64,000 bases of DNA, from assembly GCA_947258655.1 (NCBI GenBank), contig CAMYJD010000012.1, forward strand, positions 13,323 through 77,322. Direction: 5' to 3'. A program made the position numbers and the translations under genes. Below, piece by piece: positions 43,392-54,911 of this stretch (positions within the stretch are counted from its first letter, which is position 1; every line of letters begins with the position of its first letter). The stretch is from an uncultured Gammaproteobacteria bacterium (lineage in GTDB: Bacteria; Pseudomonadota; Gammaproteobacteria; JAADHQ01). Below the pieces are notes generated by a model. It did no database searches and had not been told where the DNA came from. It saw only the letters and a list, made by a program, of their open reading frames with translations.

Positions 43392-44516
43392 ATGCTAACA
43401 AAACAGAATATTATCACGGTAATGATTTTAGCCGTTGTATTGGCCAGTAATTCGCAAGCACGCAGCTTCAGGGGTGAAGGCAGTGATCTGATGATGGGTA
43501 TTGGCGCCAATGCGATAGCAAAGAGCGGTGCGGTGGCTGCCAGCTCCAGGGACATCTATTCCATGTACTGGAATCCCGCCGGGCTTGCCGAGATGTCACA
43601 GAACCAGGTCACGCTGTCCGGTCAGCTGGATGCGCAACTCGCCGGGATCAATTTTGCAGCAATGGCGTTTAATAATGAATGGTTGCGCTTTGGGCGCTAT
43701 CAGTTCGCGATAGGGTTGTCACGCCAGACACGCCTGCATGTCAAGGCCAGCGGTGCCTATGGGCCTGATGATTTTGAGAGTATCTTCCTGCGCTACGCCC
43801 TGCCCGGCCTGCCTGATGATTTTGATGGGGATATCGAATCGAAGACACGTGATACGCGCATCACTGTTGCGCTCAGCCCAACAGATGCGCGCTGGAGCCT
43901 CGGTATCAATATCGGGCAAATACATTGCAAAACCAGTTTCTGCGGTGTGTTTGCAACGGATCCGGGAAATTATACCGTTGCATCGACCGATGCCAGGGCC
44001 ACAACCGTAGGCATCGGCGGCAAATATCAGGTCAGTGATAATCTCACATTGGGCCTGAATATCAAGGACATCGATACCCGCCTGGATGTAGAGACGATTG
44101 TGACCGACCAGAACGGCACAACAATCGAGCGCTTCACGACCGGCTTCCCGCGCAGCATCACCGTCGCAGCATTATGGAAACATGGATTTGATCGGGACAT
44201 AACACTTGAATATGAAAATGTCAGTGGTAATTACGGTAGCTCCAGTGTCGATTTTCAGATTATCAGAGGGGGCTATGAATTGCGCCAGGATCAATGGTCG
44301 TACCGGGCCGGTATCCTGATACCGCTGGTGATTGAAAGTGATTCAGTTCAGGACATCAAGAGTGATCTGCCTGCACCGTTTCTGCTCAGCGTGGGTCTGG
44401 GCTGGCAATCAAATTATAGCTCAATCGATTTCGCTCTCTATCCGCACCCATTAACCAGTTACTCCAACAGCAAGATCAGCTTGTCAGCCGATCTGTCTAT
44501 AACGTACAGATTCTGA
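43392..44516 (+). CDS. outer-membrane beta-barrel protein (FadL/OmpP1-like transport barrel?)
   Basis: 374 aa, signal peptide, alternating amphipathic strands, C-terminal ..SITYRF with terminal Phe. Confidence 0.55.
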   Translation: MLTKQNIITVMILAVVLASNSQARSFRGEGSDLMMGIGANAIAKSGAVAASSRDIYSMYWNPAGLAEMSQNQVTLSGQLDAQLAGINFAAMAFNNEWLRFGRYQFAIGLSRQTRLHVKASGAYGPDDFESIFLRYALPGLPDDFDGDIESKTRDTRITVALSPTDARWSLGINIGQIHCKTSFCGVFATDPGNYTVASTDARATTVGIGGKYQVSDNLTLGLNIKDIDTRLDVETIVTDQNGTTIERFTTGFPRSITVAALWKHGFDRDITLEYENVSGNYGSSSVDFQIIRGGYELRQDQWSYRAGILIPLVIESDSVQDIKSDLPAPFLLSVGLGWQSNYSSIDFALYPHPLTSYSNSKISLSADLSITYRF

Positions 44517-44778
44517 TATGTAGTGGCCCTTGAGTTTATTCAAAATAGCACGATATAGCGGGAACTGCTTTTTGTGGATAGTGTTGTGTAAACGCGATCT
44601 GTTGCTCGGATGAAAAGGCGCAGAAGTCGCTGTATTTATGTCAGCGCTGCCCGGGATAGTGTAGCAGGATTTGAATTGATGTCAGAATGAAATAAAAAAC
44701 CAGAACAGGGAAATAATGATGGCCCTGTTGAGAAAAGGCTGCTGGCCCGGGAAGAATCCCGGGCACTGCAGTTGCTAT

Positions 44779-45810
44779 TTATGCAGCACTGTCTGCATCA
44801 TCACGGAGATGATAATCGATAGCAAGTTGCACTTCATTACGTGAACCGAGGATAACCGGAACACGCTGATGCAGATCGCTGGGCTGGATATCCATGATAC
44901 GTTCACGGCCCGTGCTGCTCATACCGCCGGCCTGTTCGATGATCATAGACATCGGATTGGCTTCGTACATCAGGCGCAGTTTACCGTCCAGTCCCTTGGC
45001 CTTCATCTTGCTGTCGACAGGATACATAAAGACACCGCCACGGGTCAGGATGCGGTGTACTTCTGCTACCATGGATGCAATCCAGCGCATGTTGAAATCG
45101 CGTCCACGGGGGCCTTCGCTACCTTCCAGACATTCTTCTATATAACGTTTCAGTGGTGTTTCCCAGAAACGCATATTCGATGCATTGACGGCAAACTCCT
45201 GGGTATCTTCCGGAATAGTCATGGAACCGTGGGTCAGGATGAATTCACCGATGTTCTGGTCAAGGGTAAAGCCATTCACGCCGTTGCCCGTCGTCAGTAC
45301 CATCATCGTCGAGGGCCCATACAGTGCGTAACCCGCACATACCTGCTCGCTACCCGGCTGCAGGAAATCCTCGGCAGTCGGCTCTTCAACACCATCCGGG
45401 CAGCGCAGGATGGAAAAGATAGTACCCACAGAAACATTAACGTCGATGTTGGAAGAACCATCCAGTGGATCGAAAACGAGCAGGTATTTGCCACGTGGGT
45501 ATTGTGTAGGGATCTGGTACACATCCTCCATTTCCTCGGAGGCCATGCCGGCGACATGCCCGGACCATTCATTGGATTTCAGAAAGATCTCGTTACTGAT
45601 GATATCCAGTTTTTTCTGTGTTTCACCCTGGATGTTTTCACTCTCGGCACTACCCAGTACATCGATAAGTGCGCCGTGATTCACGGCATTTGAGATGACC
45701 TTGCACGCGGTAACGACGTCGTTCAACAGGGATGTAAAATCACCTGTTGCGCTAGCAATATGCCGCTGTTCTTCTATTATAAATTGGGTAATGGTAGTTC
45801 CATTATGCAT
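44779..45810 (-). CDS. fbp: fructose-1,6-bisphosphatase class 1
   Basis: [22 protein letters not shown] motif; start at MHNGTT. Confidence 0.9.
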   Translation of the reverse strand: MHNGTTITQFIIEEQRHIASATGDFTSLLNDVVTACKVISNAVNHGALIDVLGSAESENIQGETQKKLDIISNEIFLKSNEWSGHVAGMASEEMEDVYQIPTQYPRGKYLLVFDPLDGSSNIDVNVSVGTIFSILRCPDGVEEPTAEDFLQPGSEQVCAGYALYGPSTMMVLTTGNGVNGFTLDQNIGEFILTHGSMTIPEDTQEFAVNASNMRFWETPLKRYIEECLEGSEGPRGRDFNMRWIASMVAEVHRILTRGGVFMYPVDSKMKAKGLDGKLRLMYEANPMSMIIEQAGGMSSTGRERIMDIQPSDLHQRVPVILGSRNEVQLAIDYHLRDDADSAA

Positions 45811-46074
45811 GATTGTGCCGCTCCACTGTCGCAAAAACTTGTAAGTAATTGATATATCACTTATATCAACACTCTGTGAAAAAGGATATTAGTATATGAT
45901 AATACACGGATATACCTGCGCAGGCAACCACGGATGTATAATATTATTTAACATAATACGTCGTTACGCTGGCTGGCTATACATGTCACGACGGGTATTA
46001 ATAGCAATATGGATGGTCAGATGCTGCTTCGAGCCCGCAATCCTTGATATGGAGGTCCAGGTTGTGCAGCGTGT

Positions 46075-46785
46075 TTAACGCCCGCCAATCTCGGTCATCT
46101 TGTGCTCGATCCAGGACTCGACTTCGTTGAGAATGTCACTGGCACTCCTGCCCCGGGTTTCAATCGGCTCGCCTATAGCGACCGTAATGGTACCGGGGTG
46201 TTTGAAGAACTGCCCTTTTGGCCAGAAATAACCGGCATTATGGGCAATCGGGATAACCCGGTGGCCGCTCTTTGCGGCCAGTAATGCTCCACCGGGGCGG
46301 TAGTTGGTTTGTTCTCCGGCCATGGTGCGTGTGCCCTCCGGAAAAATCATAACGCTAATGCCTGAATCGAGACGTTTAATACCCTGCTCGATCAGTTGTT
46401 TCAGCGCCTGTTTACCCAGCTTGCGATTAATGGCAATCGGATTGAGCATGGCAACGCCCCAGCCAAAGATAGGAATCCATAACAGTTCCCGTTTCAGTAC
46501 CCACACCATCGGTGGCATAAACAGTTGGTAGGTTATGGTCTCCCAGGTGGATTGATGCTTGCTCATAAATATGACGGATTCGTCGGGGATGTTATCCATG
46601 CCCTGTACTGTATAGGAGAGTCCGCAGGTAACCTTTAGCCACCACAGATTGAACAATGGCCAGCCCTTGGAAATGATATAACGCACGCGAAACGGGAAAA
46701 TGAAGGAAATAGTCAATATTGATGTGACAACAATCGTGGACAGATAAAATCCGAGCCAGAATAAAACCGTTCTCAAGGTGGGCAT
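46075..46785 (-). CDS. plsC: 1-acyl-sn-glycerol-3-phosphate acyltransferase
   Basis: H(x4)D-type motif SKHQSTWE, FPEGTR; conserved after gmhB. Confidence 0.85.
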   Translation of the reverse strand: MPTLRTVLFWLGFYLSTIVVTSILTISFIFPFRVRYIISKGWPLFNLWWLKVTCGLSYTVQGMDNIPDESVIFMSKHQSTWETITYQLFMPPMVWVLKRELLWIPIFGWGVAMLNPIAINRKLGKQALKQLIEQGIKRLDSGISVMIFPEGTRTMAGEQTNYRPGGALLAAKSGHRVIPIAHNAGYFWPKGQFFKHPGTITVAIGEPIETRGRSASDILNEVESWIEHKMTEIGGR

Positions 46786-46786
46786 G

Positions 46787-47338
46787 CTACGATCCTGTCT
46801 GGGCTCCGGTTAACAGTTGCGCGGTATATTCCGAGAGGTTGTTATATACAGGGATGCCGTCCAATCCACTGGCATGTGACAGAGTGTCCTCGCCGTAACC
46901 GCTACGCACCAGTATCGGTGCAGCATTAACTTCCCGCGCCGCCTGTACATCAGCGATTGAATCACCGACGAAAGGAATATTAAGCAATGAAATATTCAGG
47001 CGAATTTGTAAGTCCAACAACAGACCCGCACGCGGTATGCGGCAATCACAATTATCCTCTACCCGATGCGGACAAAAAAGTATCGATTCAATAGTACCAC
47101 CAAGTACGTTCAGCTGCTGATGCATTTTCTCATGGATCGAATTAAGGGTCCGGATATCTAATTCTCCATCACCAATACCAGGCTGATTGGTGATAACGAC
47201 AATACGATAACCAGCACGGCTAAGCTGGGCGATGGCCTCCAGGCTTCCTTTTATCGGTATCCATTCTTGCGGAGACTTTATACAGCTATTGGCAGGCTGG
47301 TTGATAACGCCGTCCCTGCCTAGAAGAATCAGTTTCAT
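46787..47338 (-). CDS. gmhB: D-glycero-beta-D-manno-heptose-1,7-bisphosphate 7-phosphatase (HAD)
   Basis: LILLGRDGVIN..VITNQPGIG HAD motifs; Zn-finger CPHRVEDNCDCR. Confidence 0.85.
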   Translation of the reverse strand: MKLILLGRDGVINQPANSCIKSPQEWIPIKGSLEAIAQLSRAGYRIVVITNQPGIGDGELDIRTLNSIHEKMHQQLNVLGGTIESILFCPHRVEDNCDCRIPRAGLLLDLQIRLNISLLNIPFVGDSIADVQAAREVNAAPILVRSGYGEDTLSHASGLDGIPVYNNLSEYTAQLLTGAQTGS

Positions 47339-47349
47339 AATGCTGGACG

Positions 47350-47694
47350 CTAATCCCTGAACTCTGAAACGCGAATACGGCCATTGACCATTTTTGCATC
47401 GCGCTTCATGATCTTGTTCATCTTGTCCCAGAATGCCTGGCGCAGATCAAAGTCTGCAGCAATCGCTGTGCCGACCAGCAGAATGAACAGGTCAGCGCAT
47501 TCCTCTGCCAATGCCTCATTGGCCTTGCCTTTGGTAACACATGCCGATATCTCACCCAGCTCTTCAGCCATCAGTGCAATTCGGTATGTAAGTTCCTCAC
47601 CGCCGGTGTTTTTGAAGTCATGTTTGTCATGAAAGGCTTGCACACAAGCGAGCATGTCGGTATATGAATCAGGATCCAGATCAGTAGTACTCAT
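47350..47694 (-). CDS. MazG-like nucleotide pyrophosphohydrolase
   Basis: 114 aa; ALMAEELGEIS..EECADLFILL EExxE/D motifs. Confidence 0.65.
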   Translation of the reverse strand: MSTTDLDPDSYTDMLACVQAFHDKHDFKNTGGEELTYRIALMAEELGEISACVTKGKANEALAEECADLFILLVGTAIAADFDLRQAFWDKMNKIMKRDAKMVNGRIRVSEFRD

Positions 47695-47703
47695 AGCTTC
47701 ACC

Positions 47704-49782
47704 CTATTGCAAACGTGAAAGGTCGGCAACACGCAGAAACAGATTACGTATGACATTTAACATAGCGAGCCTGTTGGTGCGTAAGCCTTCATCATCGCTC
47801 ATGACCATGACCTGGTCAAAGAAATCATCAACAGGTTGACGTAGTCCCGCCAGTTGGGTCATTGCCGCCTCATATTCCTGCTGCTCAAACAGTGGTTCAA
47901 GTACAGGAATCAATTCCTCAATATTGCCTGCCAGTGCTTTTTCGGCATCGTCAGTTAGCACAAACAGATTCCATTTATCTGGTAGCTCCTGCTGTGCTTT
48001 CTTAAGTATATTGGAGATGCGTTTATTTGCCGCAGCCAGGCTCTCTGCTTCTGGTAATTTACGGAACTCTGCCAGTGCCCGCAAGCGTTTATCGGCATGT
48101 TGTAAATTGCCAGGTTTCAGGCAGAGCACCGCATCGATCTCATCGCGTGCGTAACCATGAGTGCTATAATAGACCTGTAAGCGGGTAGCTATAAAGTCAT
48201 AGACATGTGCCGTGGTATCTTCAATGTGGATAGGTACACGTTGATAGGTGTAATTCTTGATCGCATTCTTGATAATCAGATCAAGTTCAATATCCAGATC
48301 CTGCTCGATGAGGATTCGCAGCACGCCCAGTGCCGCACGGCGTAGTGCAAACGGATCCTTGTCGCCACTGGGAGCCTGGCCAATGGCAAAGATCCCGACC
48401 AGTGTGTCAATTTTGTCTGCCAGTGACGTGCAGATACCGGACTGTGTTTGTGGCAGCTCATCGCCCGAGAAGCGTGGCATGTAATGTTCATCAATGGCCT
48501 GGGTAACTTCGTTATCTTCACCATCGAAGCGGGCATAGTATCGCCCCATTATGCCCTGCAGTTCAGGAAACTCACCGACCATATCAGTCATCAGGTCAGC
48601 CTTGCACAAGCTCGCCGCACGTTGTGGGTTTTTTTCATCCCAGCCAACACTACTGGCGATGTATGCGGATAATTCGCTGATACGTACGACCTTATCGAAT
48701 ACACTGCCGAGCTTGCTCTGAAAGACAACGGTTTTAAGGCGCTCATTATGCTCGGACAAAGTGACTTTTTTATCCTGTTCCCAAAAGAATTCCGCATCGG
48801 ACAGACGTGGACGGATGACACGTTCATTGCCCTCACGTACCTTGTCAGGATCCTTGCTGACGATATTGCTGATGGTAATAAAGTGGGGCAACAGTTTTCC
48901 CTGCTCATCGACAACATGAAAATATTTTTGATGGCCCTTCATCGCCGAAATCAGTGCCTCGGATGGAACATCAAGAAAGCGTTGATCGAAATTACCGAGA
49001 ACGGCCTGAGGCCATTCAACCATCGATGTCACTTCATCAAGTAGGGCTTCATCGATGATTGCGTTGCCTTTGACCTGCTTGGCAATCTCGAGTACCTGGC
49101 CACGAATAGCTTCACGACGTGTATCGAAATCGGCGATGACATGGGCCTCGGTTTCCAGCATCGGTGCATATGCTGCGGGTTCGCCAATGTAGACGGCCTG
49201 GGGGTGGTGAAAACGATGTCCTCGTGTTTCGCGTCCGCTTTTGACACCGAGTATTTTTGCGTCAATGACTTCGTCGCCAAACAGTAACACGACCCAGTGT
49301 ACCGGGCGTACAAATTGTTCCTTGAGGCTACCCCAACGCATGCGTTTCGGGATCGGTAATGCATCCAGTGCGCTGGTGACGATAGCGGCTATCAGTTTTG
49401 TAGCGGCTTCACCTTTTTGCGTAGTACTATAGGCAAGCCAGCTGCCCTTGTCGGTCTCTATTTTATCGAGCTGGTCGACCTCGACGCCGCAACTACGGGC
49501 GAATCCGCTGGCCGCCTTGGTAGGACAGCCTTCTTCATCAAATGCCGCAGTCAGTGCAGGGCCGCGTCGTTCCACTTGCTTGTCCTGCTGCTTGTCCTGC
49601 AACGCGCTGACCAGCAGGGCTAGTCGTCGAGGTGATGCATATTGCTGAATACCGCCATGGCTCAGCTCGACGGATTTGAGTCCCTCGAGGACTGCATCGT
49701 GAAAGGCGCGGGACAATTTTTTCAGTGCCTTCGGTGGCAGTTCCTCGGTACCGATTTCTATCAGGAGATCGCGGGTATCCAT
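47704..49782 (-). CDS. glyS: glycine--tRNA ligase beta subunit
   Basis: 692 aa, canonical after glyQ. Confidence 0.95.
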   Translation of the reverse strand: MDTRDLLIEIGTEELPPKALKKLSRAFHDAVLEGLKSVELSHGGIQQYASPRRLALLVSALQDKQQDKQVERRGPALTAAFDEEGCPTKAASGFARSCGVEVDQLDKIETDKGSWLAYSTTQKGEAATKLIAAIVTSALDALPIPKRMRWGSLKEQFVRPVHWVVLLFGDEVIDAKILGVKSGRETRGHRFHHPQAVYIGEPAAYAPMLETEAHVIADFDTRREAIRGQVLEIAKQVKGNAIIDEALLDEVTSMVEWPQAVLGNFDQRFLDVPSEALISAMKGHQKYFHVVDEQGKLLPHFITISNIVSKDPDKVREGNERVIRPRLSDAEFFWEQDKKVTLSEHNERLKTVVFQSKLGSVFDKVVRISELSAYIASSVGWDEKNPQRAASLCKADLMTDMVGEFPELQGIMGRYYARFDGEDNEVTQAIDEHYMPRFSGDELPQTQSGICTSLADKIDTLVGIFAIGQAPSGDKDPFALRRAALGVLRILIEQDLDIELDLIIKNAIKNYTYQRVPIHIEDTTAHVYDFIATRLQVYYSTHGYARDEIDAVLCLKPGNLQHADKRLRALAEFRKLPEAESLAAANKRISNILKKAQQELPDKWNLFVLTDDAEKALAGNIEELIPVLEPLFEQQEYEAAMTQLAGLRQPVDDFFDQVMVMSDDEGLRTNRLAMLNVIRNLFLRVADLSRLQ

Positions 49783-50705
49783 CAGGCGGCCCCCTCCTTG
49801 TTCTTCAGCATCGGGAAGCCCAGGGCCTCGCGGCTACCGTAATATTTTTCGGCAACGGCGCGTGACAGTGCGCGGATACGACCGATGAAGCGTGCGCGTT
49901 CGGTCACCGAGATGGCGTGGCGGGCATCGAGCAGGTTAAAGGTATGCGAGGCCTTCATCATCATCTCATAGGCGGGTAACGGCAGGTCGTTTTCGATCAG
50001 TTTGTTACTTTCACGTTCGCAAGTATCAAACCACGTGAACAGGCTTTCCACATCGGCATGCTCGAAGTTATAGGCCGACATCTCGACCTCGTTCTGATGA
50101 AACACATCACCATAAGTGACGACACCATTCGGGCCGTGTGTCCAGACCAGATCGAAGACACTTTTTACGCCCTGCAGATACATCGCAATGCGCTCCAGTC
50201 CATAGGTGATCTCGCCGGTTACCGGCTCACAGTCGAGCGAACCAACCTGCTGGAAGTAGGTAAACTGTGTCACTTCCATACCGTTCAGCCAGACTTCCCA
50301 GCCCAGGCCCCAGGCACCCAGCGTCGGTGACTCCCAGTTATCCTCGACGAAGCGGATGTCATGGACGAGCGGATCAATTCCGAGCATTTTCAATGAATCA
50401 AGATACAGTTCCTGGATGTTCAGTGGGGATGGCTTCAGTACAACCTGGAACTGATAATAATGTTGCAGGCGGTTAGGGTTTTCGCCATAGCGACCATCGG
50501 TAGGTCGTCGTGAAGGTTGAACATAAGCTGCATTCCAGGGTTCCGGGCCGATCGAACGCAGGAAGGTTGCGGTGTGGAATGTGCCGGCACCGACCTCCAT
50601 ATCATAGGGCTGTAGCAGGATACAGCCCTGTTTGGCCCAGTAATTTTGCAAGGCGAGTATCAGCCCCTGAAAGGTGGAGACATCGACAGATGAATCATTT
50701 GTCAT
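49782..50705 (-). CDS. glyQ: glycine--tRNA ligase alpha subunit
   Basis: 307 aa, [17 protein letters not shown]. Confidence 0.95.
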   Translation of the reverse strand: MTNDSSVDVSTFQGLILALQNYWAKQGCILLQPYDMEVGAGTFHTATFLRSIGPEPWNAAYVQPSRRPTDGRYGENPNRLQHYYQFQVVLKPSPLNIQELYLDSLKMLGIDPLVHDIRFVEDNWESPTLGAWGLGWEVWLNGMEVTQFTYFQQVGSLDCEPVTGEITYGLERIAMYLQGVKSVFDLVWTHGPNGVVTYGDVFHQNEVEMSAYNFEHADVESLFTWFDTCERESNKLIENDLPLPAYEMMMKASHTFNLLDARHAISVTERARFIGRIRALSRAVAEKYYGSREALGFPMLKNKEGAA

Positions 50706-50851
50706 GTTACGAATCCGTGACCGCTATATTAATAAGGAGTGGATTATAGCCCGGCGAGCCCTGGCCATTAAACAGCAATTCGCGAAGAATTTACCAAATA
50801 TTGACAGAAATCGTCAGTTTAGCGATGATTTTCTCAAGAAAGCGATGATTT

Positions 50852-51457
50852 ATGTCGAAAACACTAACAGAGGCGAGTGCGATGGGCATGATTATTACTG
50901 AAAACTCGACGACGGCGTTATGGCTCAACCTGGTCCAGACAGCCGGTCAAAGCTGCCAACAGCAACTGGATCAGGAGCTGGAAAGCTATCTGGTCTTCAT
51001 GTTGATGCGTCACATCGATGATACCGGTCTGGCCGATACCATACTGGCGCCACAATACCTGCAGGGTATGCAGACACAGGGCCAGTCCGGCGTCCAGCAA
51101 CTGCAGACCGTCGCAGATCAATGCCTGCTGTTCTCCGGCCTGTTCCCGAAACGCTCAAGACGGCGCCTGGTCAAGGCGCATTATTATGTAGACCTGGGCC
51201 GGTCTGCGTATATGCAGTTGGCAAGCCGCGTTAAAAGGGCCTATGCAGAACTGTATGAAAATCTGTCCAGACATTTTGTCGAAATGATGGATATCCTGCA
51301 GGCCCTGCGCTTCAGTACAAATCCGTCGCAACTGGATTCCTTGCTGCTGATCGATTATTGGCAGCAATGTGACAGCCAATATGCACGCCGTTTGTTGCAG
51401 GAACGCTATGGACAGGCTTTGTTACGTATACCTGAATCTGATCAAGATCCGAATTAA
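50852..51457 (+). CDS. hypothetical Gln/Leu-rich protein
   Basis: 201 aa, no recognisable motif; divergent from glyQ. Confidence 0.35.
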   Translation: MSKTLTEASAMGMIITENSTTALWLNLVQTAGQSCQQQLDQELESYLVFMLMRHIDDTGLADTILAPQYLQGMQTQGQSGVQQLQTVADQCLLFSGLFPKRSRRRLVKAHYYVDLGRSAYMQLASRVKRAYAELYENLSRHFVEMMDILQALRFSTNPSQLDSLLLIDYWQQCDSQYARRLLQERYGQALLRIPESDQDPN

Positions 51458-51791
51458 TGTCATGCTCGCATCAGGCGAGATCACTGCCACTCCCTTGATG
51501 TTTGTTCATACTTTTATATGCCGTGTATCATGGATTGCACATATATTATCTTTGCTATATCGATCCCCGCTAGAACAGCAAATATTGAGCTGTAATCAAA
51601 AAATATAACCGCACAAAATGCGTGCAATTAACTGAGCTGAACAACCAAAGCCTGAAACCATTGTATTTAAACCGATAAGATCTAAGGCTTTTGATTGGTT
51701 TTTGTCAATAAAATAAAAGAGAGTTATAGTGTCATCGGTGAATAGCAGACAAAGCTCTGTTAGTATTCCGTTCGAACAATAAAAAAAATGG

Positions 51792-52814
51792 ATGATTATG
51801 TTTAATCGATACCTTACACGCATCAATTGCGTGCTGATGTGTTGTGGCTGCCTGTTTATGTCTGGTTGCGATGAGCAACAGCAAACAACTTCCACGACCG
51901 GACCGTCTTTGACAACGGTAAAGATTGCCGTGTCTACAACACCATTGTCGGCTCCGTTTTATGTAGCACAGGCCAATGGCTATTTTACCGAGCAAGGCCT
52001 GAATGTGGCATTCGTTGATACCATTGGCGGTAACCGTTGTCTGCAAAAAGTGTTGGACGCCGAGGTCGACATGGGCACTGCATCTGATTACCCGGTGATG
52101 ATAAAGAGTTTTGCACACAAGGATTTTACCATCGCGGCGACCTTCGTCAGTTCGGTGAATGATGTAAAACTCATTGCCAGTAAAAAAAATGGTATTAATG
52201 AGCCTGCGGAGCTAAAAAATAAAATAATAGGTACGGTTACCGGCGCATCGAGTCATTATTTTCTCGACCGCTTTCTGCTGCTCAATAATATGAGTCTGGC
52301 CGATGTCAATGTGATTCATGTCGATCCGGAAGCCCAGCCAGCCGCGCTTGCCAACGGAGATGTGGATGCGCTGTCGGTATGGGAACCCTATGCCTATCTG
52401 GCGAAAAATGCCCTGCAGCATGACAGTGTTATTTTTTCATCGGGCGAGTATTATCGCGAAACATTCAATCTGGTCATGAACAAGGATTATATTAAAAACA
52501 ATGCCGATACGGTCAGAAAAGTCCTGCTGGGATTGGCCAGTGCTATTGAATTTATCAAGCAGCAGCCTGACAAGGCACAACAACTGCTGGTTAAAAGACT
52601 CAAGCTGGATAACGCCTTCATCGACTGGATATGGGATGATTATGATTTTGCATTAACGCTCGATCAGTCGCTGCTGAATACACTGGAGAATGAAGCCAGG
52701 TGGGCATTGCAGCATGGTATCGTCAACAATGGTACGGCAGTCAATTATCTTGATTATGTTGATACCGGCATACTCAAGGATATTGGTGGCGCCAGGATAA
52801 CTATTATCCAGTAA
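51792..52814 (+). CDS. SsuA/NMT1/PhnD-like periplasmic substrate-binding lipoprotein (paralogue 3)
   Basis: 340 aa; lipobox LFMSGC. Confidence 0.65.
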   Translation: MIMFNRYLTRINCVLMCCGCLFMSGCDEQQQTTSTTGPSLTTVKIAVSTTPLSAPFYVAQANGYFTEQGLNVAFVDTIGGNRCLQKVLDAEVDMGTASDYPVMIKSFAHKDFTIAATFVSSVNDVKLIASKKNGINEPAELKNKIIGTVTGASSHYFLDRFLLLNNMSLADVNVIHVDPEAQPAALANGDVDALSVWEPYAYLAKNALQHDSVIFSSGEYYRETFNLVMNKDYIKNNADTVRKVLLGLASAIEFIKQQPDKAQQLLVKRLKLDNAFIDWIWDDYDFALTLDQSLLNTLENEARWALQHGIVNNGTAVNYLDYVDTGILKDIGGARITIIQ

Positions 52815-52816
52815 AC

Positions 52817-54733
52817 ATGACCATCCGGGGCAAACTGTTATCTATTATATTCTCGGCCATTGTTGCCGGCACCGGCGTCATAGCCATGACGATTTATTCG
52901 GTCCAGGCCGTCAATGAAGCCATCAGTAAGGAACGGCAGAGCAGTCAGATCACCAGCAAGATCTCGGCACTGCTGCTGCTCACACAGGAATATCTTATCC
53001 TACCTTCTCCTCGTATCCAGCAACAATGGAAAATAATCTATGCCGCATTGACTGATAAAGTAAGGATGCTCAGCTCTGACGCTAACGCGGAGCGAATATT
53101 GACCAGAAAATTGGAAGCACATCTTGGATCACTCAATAGCCTGTTTGACAGGATTGTTGCACTGCATGTTTCGGAACAGCATGAAGCTGAGAACGAGTTC
53201 AAGCAATTACAACTAAAAAATGCATTGACGGGTAGACTGTTGGTCGAGGCCGGCCAGGTACAGGATCATTCCAATGAAATCAAAAGGATTAAAATACAGA
53301 ACGTATATAGCCTGCAAGACCGTAACAACCTGTTATTGATGGTTTTCATTCTGGCGCTGGCACTGGTCAGTATCGTTATTGCCTACATGGTCCTGCGAGG
53401 TATAGTCAGACCTATTGCTATCCTCAAACAGGAAACGTCTATGATCAGTCAGGGTAAATTTGAGCACCCGATACAAGCATTCGGTGACGATGAATTCAGC
53501 GATCTGGCATATTCTTTCGAAGATATGCGTAAAAATCTGTTGGACACCATGGTTTCGAAAAAGCAGCTTGAATCATATATTGAAGAGCGTACTGCAGAGT
53601 TGAGGGAGGCCAGGGATCAGGCCGAAAAGGCCAGCATGGCAAAATCCCAGTTTCTGTCCAGTATGAGCCATGAACTGCGTACACCATTGAATGCCATCCT
53701 GGGTTTTGGGCAACTGCTGGATGTCCATGACGGTGTGGTAACTGATAAGGTTGCATATGAATATGTCAATGAAGTCCTCAGGGCGGGATATCATTTACTC
53801 GATCTGATTAACGAAGTACTGGACCTGTCGCGTATCGAAAGCGGAAACCTCGATATTCAAATAGAACCTGTGCCGTTGAAAAACGCAATCACAGAATGTC
53901 TAAGCCAGCTCAAAGCAGGACTGGCCAGTAAACATAATATCACCCTGAACAATCAGATCGATGATCCAGACCTCGTTGTTCTGGCGGATCCACGCAAACT
54001 CAGACAGGTTTTTATCAATCTTCTCAGTAATGCGGTCAAATACAATGTTAACGGCGGTTCCGTTACTATCATGACCGAAGCGATAGGAGAGGAGCGGGTA
54101 TGGATATTATTTACCGATACCGGCAAGGGCATAGCAGCAAAAGACATGCACAAGCTGTTCGATCCGTTTGAGCGACTGTCATACAAGCATAGCAACATCG
54201 ATGGTACCGGTATTGGCTTGACCGTTACCAGGCAGCTTGTGGAGGCAATGGAGGGCACCATTGGTGTAGAAAGTATCGAGGGCCAGGGTTCTACCTTCTG
54301 GGTGGAAATGCCTTTGGCGACGACAACCCGGACTGCCACTGACAGCGAAACAACAGCTGCTGGAAAAAAATTCAAACTGTTATATATCGAAGACGATCCA
54401 ATGAATACGCGACTGATTCAGGACGCGCTTAAGTCCAGAGAGAACATTGAGGTCATTACCAGCTCGACAGCGGAGCATGGTATCACCCAGGCCGATGAGC
54501 AGCTCCCGGATATAATCCTGATGGATATCAAGCTGCCTGGCATTGATGGATTTGCAGCGCTCGAAATTCTCAGAAATGTTGAGGCGACAAATGATATCCC
54601 GGTCATTGCGCTTACTGCAAATGCCATGAACGGTGATGCACAGGCGTACCGTGATGCGGGGTTTAATGGTTACATCAGTAAACCGATTGATATGCAGCAG
54701 TTGTACAAAGTCATCGATGAATATTTAATTTAG
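52817..54733 (+). CDS. hybrid sensor histidine kinase (TM-loop-TM-HAMP-HisKA-HATPase-REC)
   Basis: H-box MSHELRTPLNAI; receiver DIILMDIKLPGIDG. Confidence 0.85.
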   Translation: MTIRGKLLSIIFSAIVAGTGVIAMTIYSVQAVNEAISKERQSSQITSKISALLLLTQEYLILPSPRIQQQWKIIYAALTDKVRMLSSDANAERILTRKLEAHLGSLNSLFDRIVALHVSEQHEAENEFKQLQLKNALTGRLLVEAGQVQDHSNEIKRIKIQNVYSLQDRNNLLLMVFILALALVSIVIAYMVLRGIVRPIAILKQETSMISQGKFEHPIQAFGDDEFSDLAYSFEDMRKNLLDTMVSKKQLESYIEERTAELREARDQAEKASMAKSQFLSSMSHELRTPLNAILGFGQLLDVHDGVVTDKVAYEYVNEVLRAGYHLLDLINEVLDLSRIESGNLDIQIEPVPLKNAITECLSQLKAGLASKHNITLNNQIDDPDLVVLADPRKLRQVFINLLSNAVKYNVNGGSVTIMTEAIGEERVWILFTDTGKGIAAKDMHKLFDPFERLSYKHSNIDGTGIGLTVTRQLVEAMEGTIGVESIEGQGSTFWVEMPLATTTRTATDSETTAAGKKFKLLYIEDDPMNTRLIQDALKSRENIEVITSSTAEHGITQADEQLPDIILMDIKLPGIDGFAALEILRNVEATNDIPVIALTANAMNGDAQAYRDAGFNGYISKPIDMQQLYKVIDEYLI

Positions 54734-54911
54734 ACATACAAACGGCAATCAACATGTTTGCTTGCTGTTAAAGATCACCACCTCCCGAGAAGGGGGATTA
54801 AATATTCAGATCCCGTCCTATCAACCAGATTAGCCTTGGTATGAGAACAAGCATAGCGCAGGTAGTAATAATTGCTCGTGGTAATCGTCTTGTTTCAGGT
54901 CACTATTTGAT

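Noticed and set aside
44739-44762. CCCGGGA-AGA-TCCCGGG hairpin as fbp terminator
   Set aside because: Stem is short and not followed by a convincing T-run on the relevant strand; recorded only as a possible weak structure.
44869-45693. 274-aa plus-strand ORF
   Set aside because: Antisense within fbp.
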